Source: an uncultured Gammaproteobacteria bacterium (lineage in GTDB: Bacteria > Pseudomonadota > Gammaproteobacteria > CAWCPV01). From it: 64,000 bases of DNA. The stretch covers positions 192,001-256,000 of the forward strand of contig CAWCPV010000002.1 in assembly GCA_963797555.1 (NCBI GenBank), given 5' to 3'. The position numbers were made by a program, and so were the translations under genes. Below, in pieces: positions 1 through 9,662 of this stretch. A model generated the notes under the pieces. That model did no database searches and was not told the origin of the DNA. It saw nothing but the letters and a program-made list of their open reading frames with translations. Position 1 is the first letter of the stretch. Each line of letters opens with the position of its first letter.

Positions 1-1
1 G

Positions 2-178
2 GCGAAGTTCGGTTACGAGATCGACCACCAGACGGGCAGCCACCTGATTCTGCGTAACAGAATGCCGCCTCATCGCAGGCTGACCGTGCCGAACCACAAA
101 GAGATCTCCAAGGGGACGCTGAGGGCGATCCTTCGGCAGGCAGGTTTGTCCGTGGAGGAGCTCCTGGAGGAACTGTGA
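2..178 (+). CDS. hicA: HicA-family mRNA interferase toxin, 5' end outside the window
   Basis: Frame 2 reads AKFGYEIDHQTGSHLILRNRMPPHRRLTVPNHKEISKGTLRAILRQAGLSVEELLEEL*, with the GSH and VPxH..GTLxxIL HicA motifs. Not in the ORF track. Confidence 0.85.
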   Translation, partial: AKFGYEIDHQTGSHLILRNRMPPHRRLTVPNHKEISKGTLRAILRQAGLSVEELLEEL

Positions 179-236
179 GCGGGCCCCCCATACGAAGGGG
201 CGGGGCGGAGGAAGGAGTGGATTGACGCAGGAGCGG

Positions 237-1806
237 ATGCCGGAATCGGTCGAGACTGGCGGCGGGGCGTACGTCGGCGAGGGCGTGAGCATGGGTGGTG
301 GGACCTTCGTCGGCCGCGATCGAGATCGTCCTCATCGCCGGGTACAGCGCCGAGCAGTTGCAGACAGTGCTGCCGCGGTTGCGCGAGGCGCTGGCGGACC
401 CGCAAGCGGGGCTGCGGGCGGACCCGAGCGGCGAGCGCATCACCGTCACAGCACCGCAGTCGCCGACCATCACATTGTCCCAGCAGGCGGCGGCTGACCT
501 GCTGCCCGCCGCCGCACGCGAGGGGGACGAGCCAACCTATCTTGCGGCCCTCGCGGTGAGCCCCCGCTATGGCCGGTGGGCGACGCAGTTCGTGCCGCTG
601 GCGGGCATGCTCGCGGAGCAGGAGCGTCCACCGGGCTGGGCCGAGATCCCGCCCGAGTTCACCGAGCTCGAGGTGATCGGTGAGGGAGCCCAGCGGCAAC
701 TGCGCCGGGTGCGCCTCGAAGACATCACCGATGCGGTGCGGCGCCACCCGGCCCTGGCGCTCTTGGGCGAGCCGGGATCGGGCAAGACGACGACGCTGCA
801 CCGGCTGCTGTTGGACGCCGCGCGGCAGCGGCTGACGGGGCAAGGCGGACCCCTGCCCGTGCTGTTGCCGCTGGCCGAGTACCGCGACTACCCCTCGCCG
901 CACGCCTTTCTCCTGGCCCGCTGGGCACAGTCTCTGGGCGCGCTCGACCTGGCAGCGCACCTGCGTCGGGGCGATCTGCTCCTGCTCTGCGACGCGCTCA
1001 ACGAGATGCCGTTCCGTGACAGCCGGGACTACCGGGACCGCGTCGGCGCGTGGCGCCAGTTCGTCAAGGACTGGCCCGGCAACCGCCTGGTATTCACCTG
1101 CCGCAGCCGCGACTACAGTGAGCCGCTCGGGCTGCCGCAGGTCGAGATCGAGCGCCTCGACGACCCACGCATTGAGGATTTCCTCACCCGCTACCTCGCA
1201 CCGGCGCAAGCACAGGAGAGCTGGGCAAGGCTTCGGGGCTCGCCGCTCCTGGATCTGGTACGCAATCCTTACTACCTCACGATGCTCGCGTATCTGGTGG
1301 CTCGGGGTGGCGCATGGCCCGCGAGTCGGTCGGGCCTGTTCCAGGGGTTCACCGACACGCTGTTGAAGCGGGAAGAGACCCGCGGCCACTCCGACTGGCC
1401 GGGCAAGCAGCCGCCCTTCGCGCAGGGCCGCGAGATAGCGCCGGCGGGCTTCGCCGGCATCGGCCAGGTTCGCGCTGCCCCAGGTGAAACGTGGGCGGCC
1501 CGACGGAGGTGTTCCCCGCTCGTTGGGCGGCGAACGGGTTGCAGACTTTACTGCAGGAGAGGGCGCATGCAGCTATGCGGTGGAACGCACCGCAAGGGGT
1601 TTCCGCCTACCCGAGCTGAACCTTCACGCCCGCGCCCGCGCCGCCAGCACGAGCCGGTGGGTCGCCTTGTAGACGCTTGCCGAGAGCCGGCGCGACATCT
1701 GCTCGAGTGGCAGCCGGAGTGCGCGCGCCAGGCGAGCAGAAATCCACAACAGCTTTTCGACCGTTTCTGCGAAGCGGCGATCAGCTTCCCCCCCGGCGAG
1801 GCTTAG
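237..1806 (+). pseudogene. NACHT/STAND NTPase (NLR-like) with N-terminal Gly-rich motif; frameshift near 322 and C-terminally truncated near 1405
   Basis: AGGAG then ATG at 237 gives MPESVETGGGAYVGEGVSMGGGTFVGRD. Removing the G at 322 restores GRDQIVLIAG in the 295-1806 frame. Walker A GEPGSGKTT, Walker B LLLLCDALNE, FTCRSRDY and NPYYLTML are present. The sequence after HSDWPG is not NACHT-like. Confidence 0.8.
1414..1500 (-). pseudogene. C-terminal fragment resembling Fic-domain 'mobile mystery protein B'
   Basis: Minus strand reads GRPRFTWGSANLADAGEARRRYLAALREG, resembling that family's C-terminus as recalled. It sits at the NACHT truncation point. Confidence 0.35.
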
Positions 1807-4155
1807 CAGCTCACGCGCGGAGGCGGCCACCCCTTGGTAATCGCCTTGGTGCGCCTGTGCATCCAGTAAGGCAAACAGACTGCTCCAGCTCCGCTCCTTC
1901 GCATGGTGTTCACGGGCAAACTCAATCGCCTCGTTGAGCAGGCCCAGCCGACGCAGGCACGCGACGCGCAGCCTTTGCAGGTCTTCCGGCAGGGTATGTC
2001 CGGGGAAGACCCCCGCGTAATCATCCAACAGCTGTAGGCACTGGCGAGAGTCCGGTCCGTGCCAGGCCGCCCAGGCCGATAGATAGACCGTCGCAGCGGT
2101 AGCTGCCCGCGCCAGCAGTACATCCCGGTGCTGCCGGATGTACTCCCACTCGCCGGCCCGCGCCTTGAGCCGACATGCCTCAATGAGGTAGGAGAAAACG
2201 CCTGACTCACGGTAGGCGTGGTCCAGGAAATCGAACCAAGGGCGCCACTCGCCGCTGTCCTCGAAGCGTTGGTACGCACACACCGACAGCAACCTACGCC
2301 GATGTGCGGCATCAGTCTCGTTGCGCCCCTCTTCCTCGGCCACATCCACCTGTCCGGTCGCGAGGAGCGCGTGCACCCGCCAATGTCTCCAGCCGGGCTG
2401 TGCGTCGGCTTGGACGAAGCGCGCTCGGGCCTCGTCCAGGATCGCCAACGCCTCGTTAGCCTTGCCAGCCTCGATCAAGAGCGCACAGAGCAGCCCTGCC
2501 TGGTCAAGGTAACGCTTATTCTCGGGGGTCACTGCTCGTAACGCCTGTTCCGCCCGCTCCCGGTCGAACAAGACTTGCTTTGCAAGTCCCCACAACAGCG
2601 CCAAGGGGTGACCCCAATCCAAGTCGAGCAATTCCCGGAATGATTCTTTAGCCTGGTCACCCGCCTCCAGGGTGTGGACCACACACAGAAAACACCAGAA
2701 CCGACAGCGCCACCGGGCTTGTGGGTCACCCTCCAGCTCAGCGGCTAACTGCGCCAGCTCCTCGGCGGCTCGGCTCAGCCGCGCGCGGGCCTCGTCGTCT
2801 TGTCGCAGCAACTCCAGTTGGAACGGGTGCGGCACAAGCGGATTGTTGCCATCGAGAGCAGCCGGGGCGCAGGCTCCCCAGAAGTCGGCAATCGCTCTGA
2901 ACTCCCGCACGGTGTGCCAGTGTGGTTGCGCGGTGTAAGCCTCCTCCAACAGCGCCCGGGCCCCGGCGGCATCGCCTTGCAGCAGGGCAGCCATCCCTTG
3001 CAGCCGCAAAGTTTCGGCATCCGGCTCTATCCCCGGCGGCAGGGTCTGGAGCCGAGTCACGGCCTGCTCCAGACAGCCAAGTTCCAAGAGCAACGCGCAA
3101 TGGAAGTTGAAGGCCGGCAGAGTGCGCGTCTGCTCGGTCAGCCGCAGCGCCTCGTCCATGTGGCCAGCCCGGTAGGCGAAAACCCCGCGGGCGGCGCTGT
3201 CGTCACCTTTCGGGTCCAGTTCATGCGCTTCCTCCAGCAGGGCCTTACACTGCGCTTCTACTGTCTCTGCTTGCAGCTCGTAGATGGCCAGGGTGCGCAG
3301 AATCCTAGCGCGCACGATATGGTCTAGTGCATCCCACGTCGGATAGCTGCGCAGCGCGCGCAGTTCTTCCAGGGCCGTTGTGTGCCGACCAGAGCGGTAT
3401 CGTTCGCGGATGTCATCGAGATTCTCGGCGAGATGTTGCGAGAGAGCGTCGGCAAGCTTCAGGTTCTGGTCACCGAATGCTGCCAGCATTAAATCTCGCG
3501 TCCGTTGCTCGACGCGCAGGGGTGGCTGGAAACCGGGCTCCCCGGAAGCGATACTGAGTTCCCAGTCGGGGTTGGTCGGCTGAGGCGTGGACTCAGGAGC
3601 GGAGCCGCTCCGCTCATCGCCCGGCGGCGGCAAGGACCATCGCTCACGGACATAATTCGTGATATGGCGCCGCAGCAATTCCTCGAACTGAGGCCGGCCT
3701 TTGTACGACCACCACAGCCCTTCTTTGGGAAACTCTTCACGGAACCGGAGAACACGTCCCCACTGCTCGGTCTCTGCCGGAGATTGTGGGGAGTAAGGCT
3801 TCTGATTGAAGTACACCATGATCTGTGGCCGCCCGCTCCGCTGCCATGCCTCATAGCCGCGCTGAAGCTCGTGCTTGGTACCGGATTGGGCGTGTGCGGT
3901 CGGTGTACCAAAGCGCTTCCAGAAGATTCCGATGAGGAGATCGCATTCTTCGATGCGAAGGATGGGGTCGATGAGCCCCTGTGGGCCATCTGCGTGCAAA
4001 CCGGGATAAATGTCGGTCTCCCAGCGATAGAGCTGCAAGTGCAGGCCGCGGTCGGCGGCGACGCCGCGGTTGAGATCTTCAACCACCTTCGCGACGGCGT
4101 CTCGTTCCCGCTGGACGTCGCCGGGAGATGCGACGACCACCCGCAATGCCTTCAT
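1624..4155 (-). CDS. DUF4062 (TIR/deoxyribosyltransferase-like) domain plus TPR-like helical repeats; probably C-terminally truncated defence protein
   Basis: N-terminal VVVASPGDVQRER...CDLLIGIFWKRFGTPT..SGTKHE..IMVYF is DUF4062-like, followed by a long Ala/Leu-rich helical repeat region. Confidence 0.7.
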   Translation of the reverse strand: MKALRVVVASPGDVQRERDAVAKVVEDLNRGVAADRGLHLQLYRWETDIYPGLHADGPQGLIDPILRIEECDLLIGIFWKRFGTPTAHAQSGTKHELQRGYEAWQRSGRPQIMVYFNQKPYSPQSPAETEQWGRVLRFREEFPKEGLWWSYKGRPQFEELLRRHITNYVRERWSLPPPGDERSGSAPESTPQPTNPDWELSIASGEPGFQPPLRVEQRTRDLMLAAFGDQNLKLADALSQHLAENLDDIRERYRSGRHTTALEELRALRSYPTWDALDHIVRARILRTLAIYELQAETVEAQCKALLEEAHELDPKGDDSAARGVFAYRAGHMDEALRLTEQTRTLPAFNFHCALLLELGCLEQAVTRLQTLPPGIEPDAETLRLQGMAALLQGDAAGARALLEEAYTAQPHWHTVREFRAIADFWGACAPAALDGNNPLVPHPFQLELLRQDDEARARLSRAAEELAQLAAELEGDPQARWRCRFWCFLCVVHTLEAGDQAKESFRELLDLDWGHPLALLWGLAKQVLFDRERAEQALRAVTPENKRYLDQAGLLCALLIEAGKANEALAILDEARARFVQADAQPGWRHWRVHALLATGQVDVAEEEGRNETDAAHRRRLLSVCAYQRFEDSGEWRPWFDFLDHAYRESGVFSYLIEACRLKARAGEWEYIRQHRDVLLARAATAATVYLSAWAAWHGPDSRQCLQLLDDYAGVFPGHTLPEDLQRLRVACLRRLGLLNEAIEFAREHHAKERSWSSLFALLDAQAHQGDYQGVAASARELLSLAGGEADRRFAETVEKLLWISARLARALRLPLEQMSRRLSASVYKATHRLVLAARARA

Positions 4156-4308
4156 GCTCCGCCCGCCCTATCGTGTTCTTGCAACGCGCAGTCGTTGGGC
4201 GTCCGTTCCGCCAACCGCTGCGCACTCATGATACGGCAGGACAGACCACAGTGTTTCAGCCATGACCCGGACGACACAGGGCTTCCTGGTTCAGCCCATT
4301 TGCCCTCT

Positions 4309-4522
4309 CTACCCTTCCGTGAAGTGGTCCGAGTCCATCCTCTTGACTGCATAGGACGCGACTGGGCTCACGCCCACGCTGTGCTCCACCATAAGCTGGG
4401 CGAGGGCCTCTCCGTCGATGAGGATGGTCCGGGTGTCGATGCCCGGATGCGCGAGGCGCAGTTTTGGGCGTCCTTGGTGAAGGTCGAGGTCAATGATAAA
4501 GACCCCCTTCTTCGCTCGATTC
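4309..4522 (-). pseudogene. mrr: Mrr type IV restriction endonuclease, C-terminal remnant with frameshifts
   Basis: Joined frames read RAKKGVFI..TSTFTKDAQ..IDTRTILIDGEALAQLMVEHSVGVSPVASYAVKRMDSDHFTEG*, a typical Mrr C-terminus. Confidence 0.7.
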
Positions 4523-4718
4523 CTAGGCGTCTCGTTGGGACAACGTCGCAGCCGCGTGGGTTACTCGTTCCCCCTTACCTTCGACCGCGAGAAGGATATC
4601 CAACTCCCTCTCCGTCACCCCGGCTTCCTGGGCCAGCTCGGTCCATTGGCGCGCGGCTTCCTCCCGCTGGCAAGCGCGGAAACGCCCGCGGCAGGGCAGG
4701 GTAACCAACAGGAGCTTC

Positions 4719-5234
4719 ATGGCAATGGCAACTAAGCGTTCCGATGAAGCGAGCCGCACGGACCAGCGGAGTGTGTCGGTGACCGGACAGGTGAGCGTGC
4801 GCGGAGGTGGGGAATCGAGTTCTCCGCGCACTCGTAGCGTGGTGGATACCGGTGGCGGCGCTTACATCGGTGGCAATGTTACAACCGGCGGCGGGGACTT
4901 CATCGGCCGTGACCAGATCAAGACCGTCACGTCCAACCTGATGGGCCGCCAGCAGGGGATCACCGTCGAGGAGTTTCTGCGGCTGCTCGAGGAGGTGCGC
5001 GCGCTCTTGGCGCGCTCCGAAATCGAGCAGGACACCGTCGAGGTGGTCGAGGGCGACATCAAAGTCGTGGAGCAGCAGGCTGCGAAGGAAAAGCCCAATG
5101 GCACCATCATCAAGAGCAAGCTGAAGAGCGCGGAAGAGATGGTTGAGAGCGCCGGAAAAGCCACCGAGGGCATCGAGAAGCTCGTCTCGGTGCTGGTCAG
5201 GCTGGTGCAGATGGCAACCGCGCTGTTCGCGTAA
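4719..5234 (+). CDS. Small protein with a Gly-rich RHIM/BASS-like motif followed by a helical domain
   Basis: SD AGGAG upstream. Contains VDTGGGAYIGGNVTTGGGDFIGRDQI, then amphipathic helices ending LVSVLVRLVQMATALFA. Confidence 0.75.
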   Translation: MAMATKRSDEASRTDQRSVSVTGQVSVRGGGESSSPRTRSVVDTGGGAYIGGNVTTGGGDFIGRDQIKTVTSNLMGRQQGITVEEFLRLLEEVRALLARSEIEQDTVEVVEGDIKVVEQQAAKEKPNGTIIKSKLKSAEEMVESAGKATEGIEKLVSVLVRLVQMATALFA

Positions 5235-5369
5235 TCGCTGGCATTACCGAAAGTCCCCAAAGGGTTTTCGGCACCTCGGCGCATGTCGAGACGCATACGC
5301 CTGCGGCTCGATAGCAGTAACGCAGACGCGCGGGAGGCCTGCAGGATCGAGTCGGGCGGGGCGCGTGGG

Positions 5370-5513
5370 CCTCTCGGAGGCAGGCCGGGTCGCTTGGAGG
5401 CGACCTGCATCGTGGCGCGGAAAGTGGGCGCGCCCCAAGGAGGGAAACCCATCGCACGGCGTCTACTGACCAGCCGCGAGGCCGGCGCCTTCGAAGCGGC
5501 AGCCGAGAGCATC
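5370..5513 (+). pseudogene. IS4-family (IS50-like) transposase fragment
   Basis: LEATCIVARKVGAPQGGKPIARRLLTSREAGAFEAAAESI resembles the E..P.....P+EW.LLT segment of IS4/Tn5-type transposases. Confidence 0.45.
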
Positions 5514-5691
5514 GTCCCGGATCATGCCGCTCACGCGTGTTCCGTCATGACCCCGCAGTACGTCTAGCTTCCGCTGCGCCTGCACTCGCTGCGCGCGGTG
5601 GCCTGCGCGGGATTGCCCACCGGCGGTTTCGGGAATACCATTGAGCCCTACTCATCCCCCCGAGGGCCCAGCGCCAGGCTCACCATCCTCG

Positions 5692-6222
5692 ATGGCCAGT
5701 CACCTCGTCATCTCCGCGCTAGGACGTGACCATCCCGGCATTGTAGACGCGCTCAGCCAGGTAATCCTGGAGGCGGGAGCGAATATCGAGGATAGCCGCA
5801 TGACCGTGCTGGGCGGCGAATTCGCCGTGCTGATGCTGGTCTCCGGGAACTGGAATGCTGTTGCCAAGCTGGAGTCGGCCCTGCCGGGGCTCCAGGACAA
5901 GCTGGATCTCGTCATTACCAGCAAGCGTACCCAGCCGCGGGCACCGCAGCCCAGGCTGCTGCCGTATGCCGTGGAGGTCGTGACCATGGACCACCCCGGC
6001 ATCGTTCACGAGGTCGCCAGGTTCTTCTCGAGCCGCAACATCAACATCGAGGACCTGGCTACTGACAGCCACATGGCCCCGCACACGGGTACGCCCATGT
6101 TCAACCTCACGATGAAGATAAGCGTTCCCGGCGACCTCTCCATCGCTGCTCTGCGCGAAGAGTTCATGGATTTCTGCGACGATCTCAACCTGGACGCGGT
6201 GATCGAGCCAGTCAAGGGTTAG
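5692..6222 (+). CDS. gcvR: Glycine cleavage system regulator GcvR (tandem ACT domains)
   Basis: HLVISALGRDHPGIV...NIEDSRMTVLGGEFA and a second ACT domain MDHPGIVHEVARFF. Confidence 0.85.
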   Translation: MASHLVISALGRDHPGIVDALSQVILEAGANIEDSRMTVLGGEFAVLMLVSGNWNAVAKLESALPGLQDKLDLVITSKRTQPRAPQPRLLPYAVEVVTMDHPGIVHEVARFFSSRNINIEDLATDSHMAPHTGTPMFNLTMKISVPGDLSIAALREEFMDFCDDLNLDAVIEPVKG

Positions 6223-6382
6223 ACGTGCGGATCTTCGCGGGGGGACCCCGCCACTTGGCGCGGCACGCCGATGTCGCCGCGCGGTGCACGTGGCCGCGCG
6301 CCGCGCGGACCTGTCTCCCTGCGCAGACTCCCCCCGTGGACCACGGCTCCCCGGCGGCGTGCCTGGCCGCAAGACCCTGCCC

Positions 6383-7789
6383 ATGAGTGAAGACACCTCC
6401 GCAAAAAAGCTGTTCGTGCTCGATACCAACGTGCTGATGCACGACCCGGGCGCCGTGTTCCGCTTCCAGGAGCACGACATCTACCTGCCCATGGTGGTCC
6501 TGGAGGAGCTGGACGGCGCCAAGAAGGGGCTGTCCGAGATCGCCCGAAATGCCCGCCAGGCCAGCCGCATGTTGGACGAGCTGGTCCGTGGGGCCGATGG
6601 TGCCGGCATCGAGAGCGGCATACTGCTGCCGGCGCCGAGCCACGGTGCGGCCGCACAGTTCCGGGGCGCCGGCCGCCTCTACTTCCAGACCCAGAACCTC
6701 CCCTTCTCGCTCCCCGAGGGGCTGCCGGGCCACCGGCCGGATAATCACATGCTGGGCGTCACCCTGGCGCTCGCCAAGGCTCACCCGGAAATCACGGTGG
6801 TGCTGGTGTCCAAGGACATCAACCTGCGCATCAAGGCGGCCGCGCTGGGCATCCATGCGGAGGACTACTACAACGATCGGGTCCTGGACGACGTCAGCCT
6901 GCTGTACACCGGCATCCAGGAACTGCCCGAGGACTTCTGGGCCGCCCACAGCAAACAGATGACCTCTTGGAAGGAGGAGGGACGCACCTTTTACCGTATC
7001 GCAGGCCCGCTGGTACCCCAGTGGTACCCGGGCCAGTGTGTGTACACCGCCGACGGCCAGTTCGAAGCCGTCGTCCGCGAGCTGGAAGGCGACACCGCGC
7101 GCATCGAGCACGTCGTGGACTACCGCAGCCCCCGGCATGCCGTCTGGGGCATCCAGGCGCGCAACCGGGAGCAGAACTTCGCTCTCAACCTGCTGCTCGA
7201 CCCGGAGGTCGACTTCGTGACCCTGCTCGGGGCGGCGGGCACCGGGAAGACTCTGCTGACGCTTGCGGCCGGTCTGGTTCAGACCCTGGAACAGAACCGC
7301 TACCGGGAGATCATCATGACGCGGGTCACGGTGCCGGTGGGCGAAGACATCGGCTTCCTGCCGGGGACCGAGGAGGAGAAGATGACGCCCTGGATGGGGG
7401 CGCTCATGGACAACTTGGAGGTTCTGACGCGTTCCGAGGGCGGCGACTGGGGGCGGGCGGTGACCAACGAGCTGCTGCGCGCCCGCATCAAGGTGCGCTC
7501 GCTGAACTTCATGCGCGGCCGGACCTTCCTCAACAAATATCTCATCTTGGACGAGGCCCAGAACCTCACGTCCAAGCAAATGAAGACACTGATCACGCGC
7601 GCCGGCCCCGGGACCAAGATCATCGCCGTGGGCAACGTCGCCCAGATCGACACCCCCTATCTGACCGAGACTACCTCCGGGCTCACCTACGTGGTGGACC
7701 GCTTCAAGAGCTGGCCGCACAGCGGTCACATCACCCTCACGCGGGGCGAGCGCTCGCGGCTCGCCGACCACGCCACCGACGTGCTCTAA
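6383..7789 (+). CDS. PIN-domain PhoH-family ATPase (PhoH2-like)
   Basis: PIN motif FVLDTNVLMHDP, VSKDINLRIKA, Walker A GAAGTGKT, MRGRTF and DEAQN. Confidence 0.9.
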   Translation: MSEDTSAKKLFVLDTNVLMHDPGAVFRFQEHDIYLPMVVLEELDGAKKGLSEIARNARQASRMLDELVRGADGAGIESGILLPAPSHGAAAQFRGAGRLYFQTQNLPFSLPEGLPGHRPDNHMLGVTLALAKAHPEITVVLVSKDINLRIKAAALGIHAEDYYNDRVLDDVSLLYTGIQELPEDFWAAHSKQMTSWKEEGRTFYRIAGPLVPQWYPGQCVYTADGQFEAVVRELEGDTARIEHVVDYRSPRHAVWGIQARNREQNFALNLLLDPEVDFVTLLGAAGTGKTLLTLAAGLVQTLEQNRYREIIMTRVTVPVGEDIGFLPGTEEEKMTPWMGALMDNLEVLTRSEGGDWGRAVTNELLRARIKVRSLNFMRGRTFLNKYLILDEAQNLTSKQMKTLITRAGPGTKIIAVGNVAQIDTPYLTETTSGLTYVVDRFKSWPHSGHITLTRGERSRLADHATDVL

Positions 7790-7954
7790 GGCTGCGCGCC
7801 TGGTGCTGCGCCGGAGGGTGTCGGGGCGGCGTGCGGGTTCGCTCCCCGGGCTCACGGTTTACGCGCCTTGCAATACGGTGGCCCAATTGGCTACCCTTCG
7901 GCGACCGGGGCGGCACACCTGCAGCACGCTTCGCCGCGCGAGATATCGAGAACA

Positions 7955-8683
7955 ATGAACGACGAAATTCCCAGCCAGGAGCTCGACATGCAGGGACGCG
8001 CCGAGACCTCGGCCAACGAGCCCTTCGCGGTCAAAGACTGCGCCTTACTGGTGGTGGCCACGGCGCGGCGTGCGGAGAACCTCAAGGAGCTGCGCGACAA
8101 CCTGCTCACGATCAGCGCTGACAGCATCTACAACCATTTCTGGGGCGGGCTGCTGCAGCCCAGGTTCGAGGAGCGCGAGTTCAACAACGACTTCGCCGCG
8201 TGGGTATGTCGCAGCCTGCACGATCCCACGCTTGCGGAGCGTCTCGCGGTGATCGACCCGACGGACTTCAGCGATCTGGAGGCGCTGCGCCAGGAGCTGA
8301 TCGAGGTCATCGAGGAGCGTCTGGACGAGAGCGAGCTGCTGCGCTTGAAACGGGCGGAGGAGCGTTTCGAGTTCTTGCGCTCGCAGATCGTCGTGTTCGA
8401 TACCCACCAGCGCATGGAGCGCCCGGAGGACCTTGCGCAGGTGCTGCCGCAGATCTCGCCGAGCAGCGTTTTCTACCACTTCATCGACGCGCGGCGCCGC
8501 TCCGCAGAGCACCTGGACGATTTCCGGGCCTGGCTCGCCGGCTTCGGGGAACGCTACGAGAGCTTGTCGGGCAAGCTCGCCTCCGTCGATTTCTATTTTG
8601 CCAGTCTATCGGAGCTGCGGCAGCAGGTCGCCGAGCTGCTTCGCACCCACTTCGACGGAGCCGGGGATGCCGAGCCTGCTTGA
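7955..8683 (+). CDS. DUF5752-like hypothetical protein upstream of trehalose synthase
   Basis: Internal duplication (SIYNHF..NDFAAW / SVFYHF..DDFRAW); overlaps the glycosyltransferase start. Confidence 0.7.
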   Translation: MNDEIPSQELDMQGRAETSANEPFAVKDCALLVVATARRAENLKELRDNLLTISADSIYNHFWGGLLQPRFEEREFNNDFAAWVCRSLHDPTLAERLAVIDPTDFSDLEALRQELIEVIEERLDESELLRLKRAEERFEFLRSQIVVFDTHQRMERPEDLAQVLPQISPSSVFYHFIDARRRSAEHLDDFRAWLAGFGERYESLSGKLASVDFYFASLSELRQQVAELLRTHFDGAGDAEPA

Positions 8684-9590
8684 TGCATATGCCGAGGTGG
8701 CCGGCGCAGACGCCATCAGTCACTTGCGTCAGCTCTCCGAGCGGCTGCGGGGGCTGAAGGTGGTGCACGTCAACTCCACCCGCGTGGGGGGAGGAGTGGC
8801 GGAGATCCTCGAGAAGCTGGTGCCGCTGATGGGCGAGCTGGGGATGGACGTGGTCTGGGAGGTTATCACCGGAGAGCAGGAGTTCTATCAGTGCACGAAG
8901 AACTTTCACAACGCGCTGCAGGGGCGCGCCGTGCAGATTCCGGAACGCCAGTACAAGGTCTACGAGGAGACCGGCGCCGCCAATGCAGAGCGCCTGCGCC
9001 CGCTGTTGCAGGAGGCGGATGTCGTGTTCGTGCACGATCCGCAGCCGGCGCCTCTGCTGAGCCTGTGCCCGCAGCGCAGGGGCAAATGGATCTGGCGTTG
9101 CCACATCGACGTGAGCCATCCCTACCGGCCGGTCTGGAAGTACCTGCGCAGGTATCTCGCCCACTTCGATGCCAGCGTGTTCTCCCTCGCCGCTTTCGCC
9201 CAAGCCCTCCCGCATCCGCCGGATTCCCACCGCACCATCAACGCCATCCAGCGGGCGGCGGACATGGTGCTGCAGAAATCCACCCGCGAGGGGTTTGGGC
9301 TCACGGTCACCGAGGCTCTGTGGAAGGGGAAGCCGGTCATCGGTGGAGACACAGGCGGCATCCGCCTGCAGGTCGTCGACCACCACACCGGTTTCCTGGT
9401 GAATACGCCGGAGGGTGCCGCTCTACGTATCCGCTACCTGTTGCACCATCACGAGAAGATGCGCGAGATGGGTGCGAAGGCTGTACAGTTCGTGCGTGAG
9501 AACTTCCTGCTCACCCGGCAGCTTCGAGAGTACCTCACGCTCATCGTCGCCCTGGTGCACGGGATGCGAGACCGCATCGTGCTGGAATGA
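8667..9590 (+). CDS. treT: TreT-like GT4 trehalose synthase with an apparent in-frame internal deletion
   Basis: HVNSTRVGGGVAEIL, HDPQP, WIWRCHID and QKSTREGFGLTVTEALWKG are present. Only 307 aa; the SIDP and SRFDxxKDP segment expected between ALPHP and PDSHRTIN is absent. Confidence 0.75.
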   Translation: MPSLLDAYAEVAGADAISHLRQLSERLRGLKVVHVNSTRVGGGVAEILEKLVPLMGELGMDVVWEVITGEQEFYQCTKNFHNALQGRAVQIPERQYKVYEETGAANAERLRPLLQEADVVFVHDPQPAPLLSLCPQRRGKWIWRCHIDVSHPYRPVWKYLRRYLAHFDASVFSLAAFAQALPHPPDSHRTINAIQRAADMVLQKSTREGFGLTVTEALWKGKPVIGGDTGGIRLQVVDHHTGFLVNTPEGAALRIRYLLHHHEKMREMGAKAVQFVRENFLLTRQLREYLTLIVALVHGMRDRIVLE

Positions 9591-9662
9591 GCCGCCGGCG
9601 CCTCCGCCCCCTCTCTATAGTCTGAGGAGGACGACTTGCCAACCAAGCTACAGGAGCCAACG

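Noticed and set aside
6223-6382. Structured ncRNA or bcp remnant between gcvR and phoH
   Set aside because: GC-rich but no recognisable RNA family or peroxiredoxin motif.
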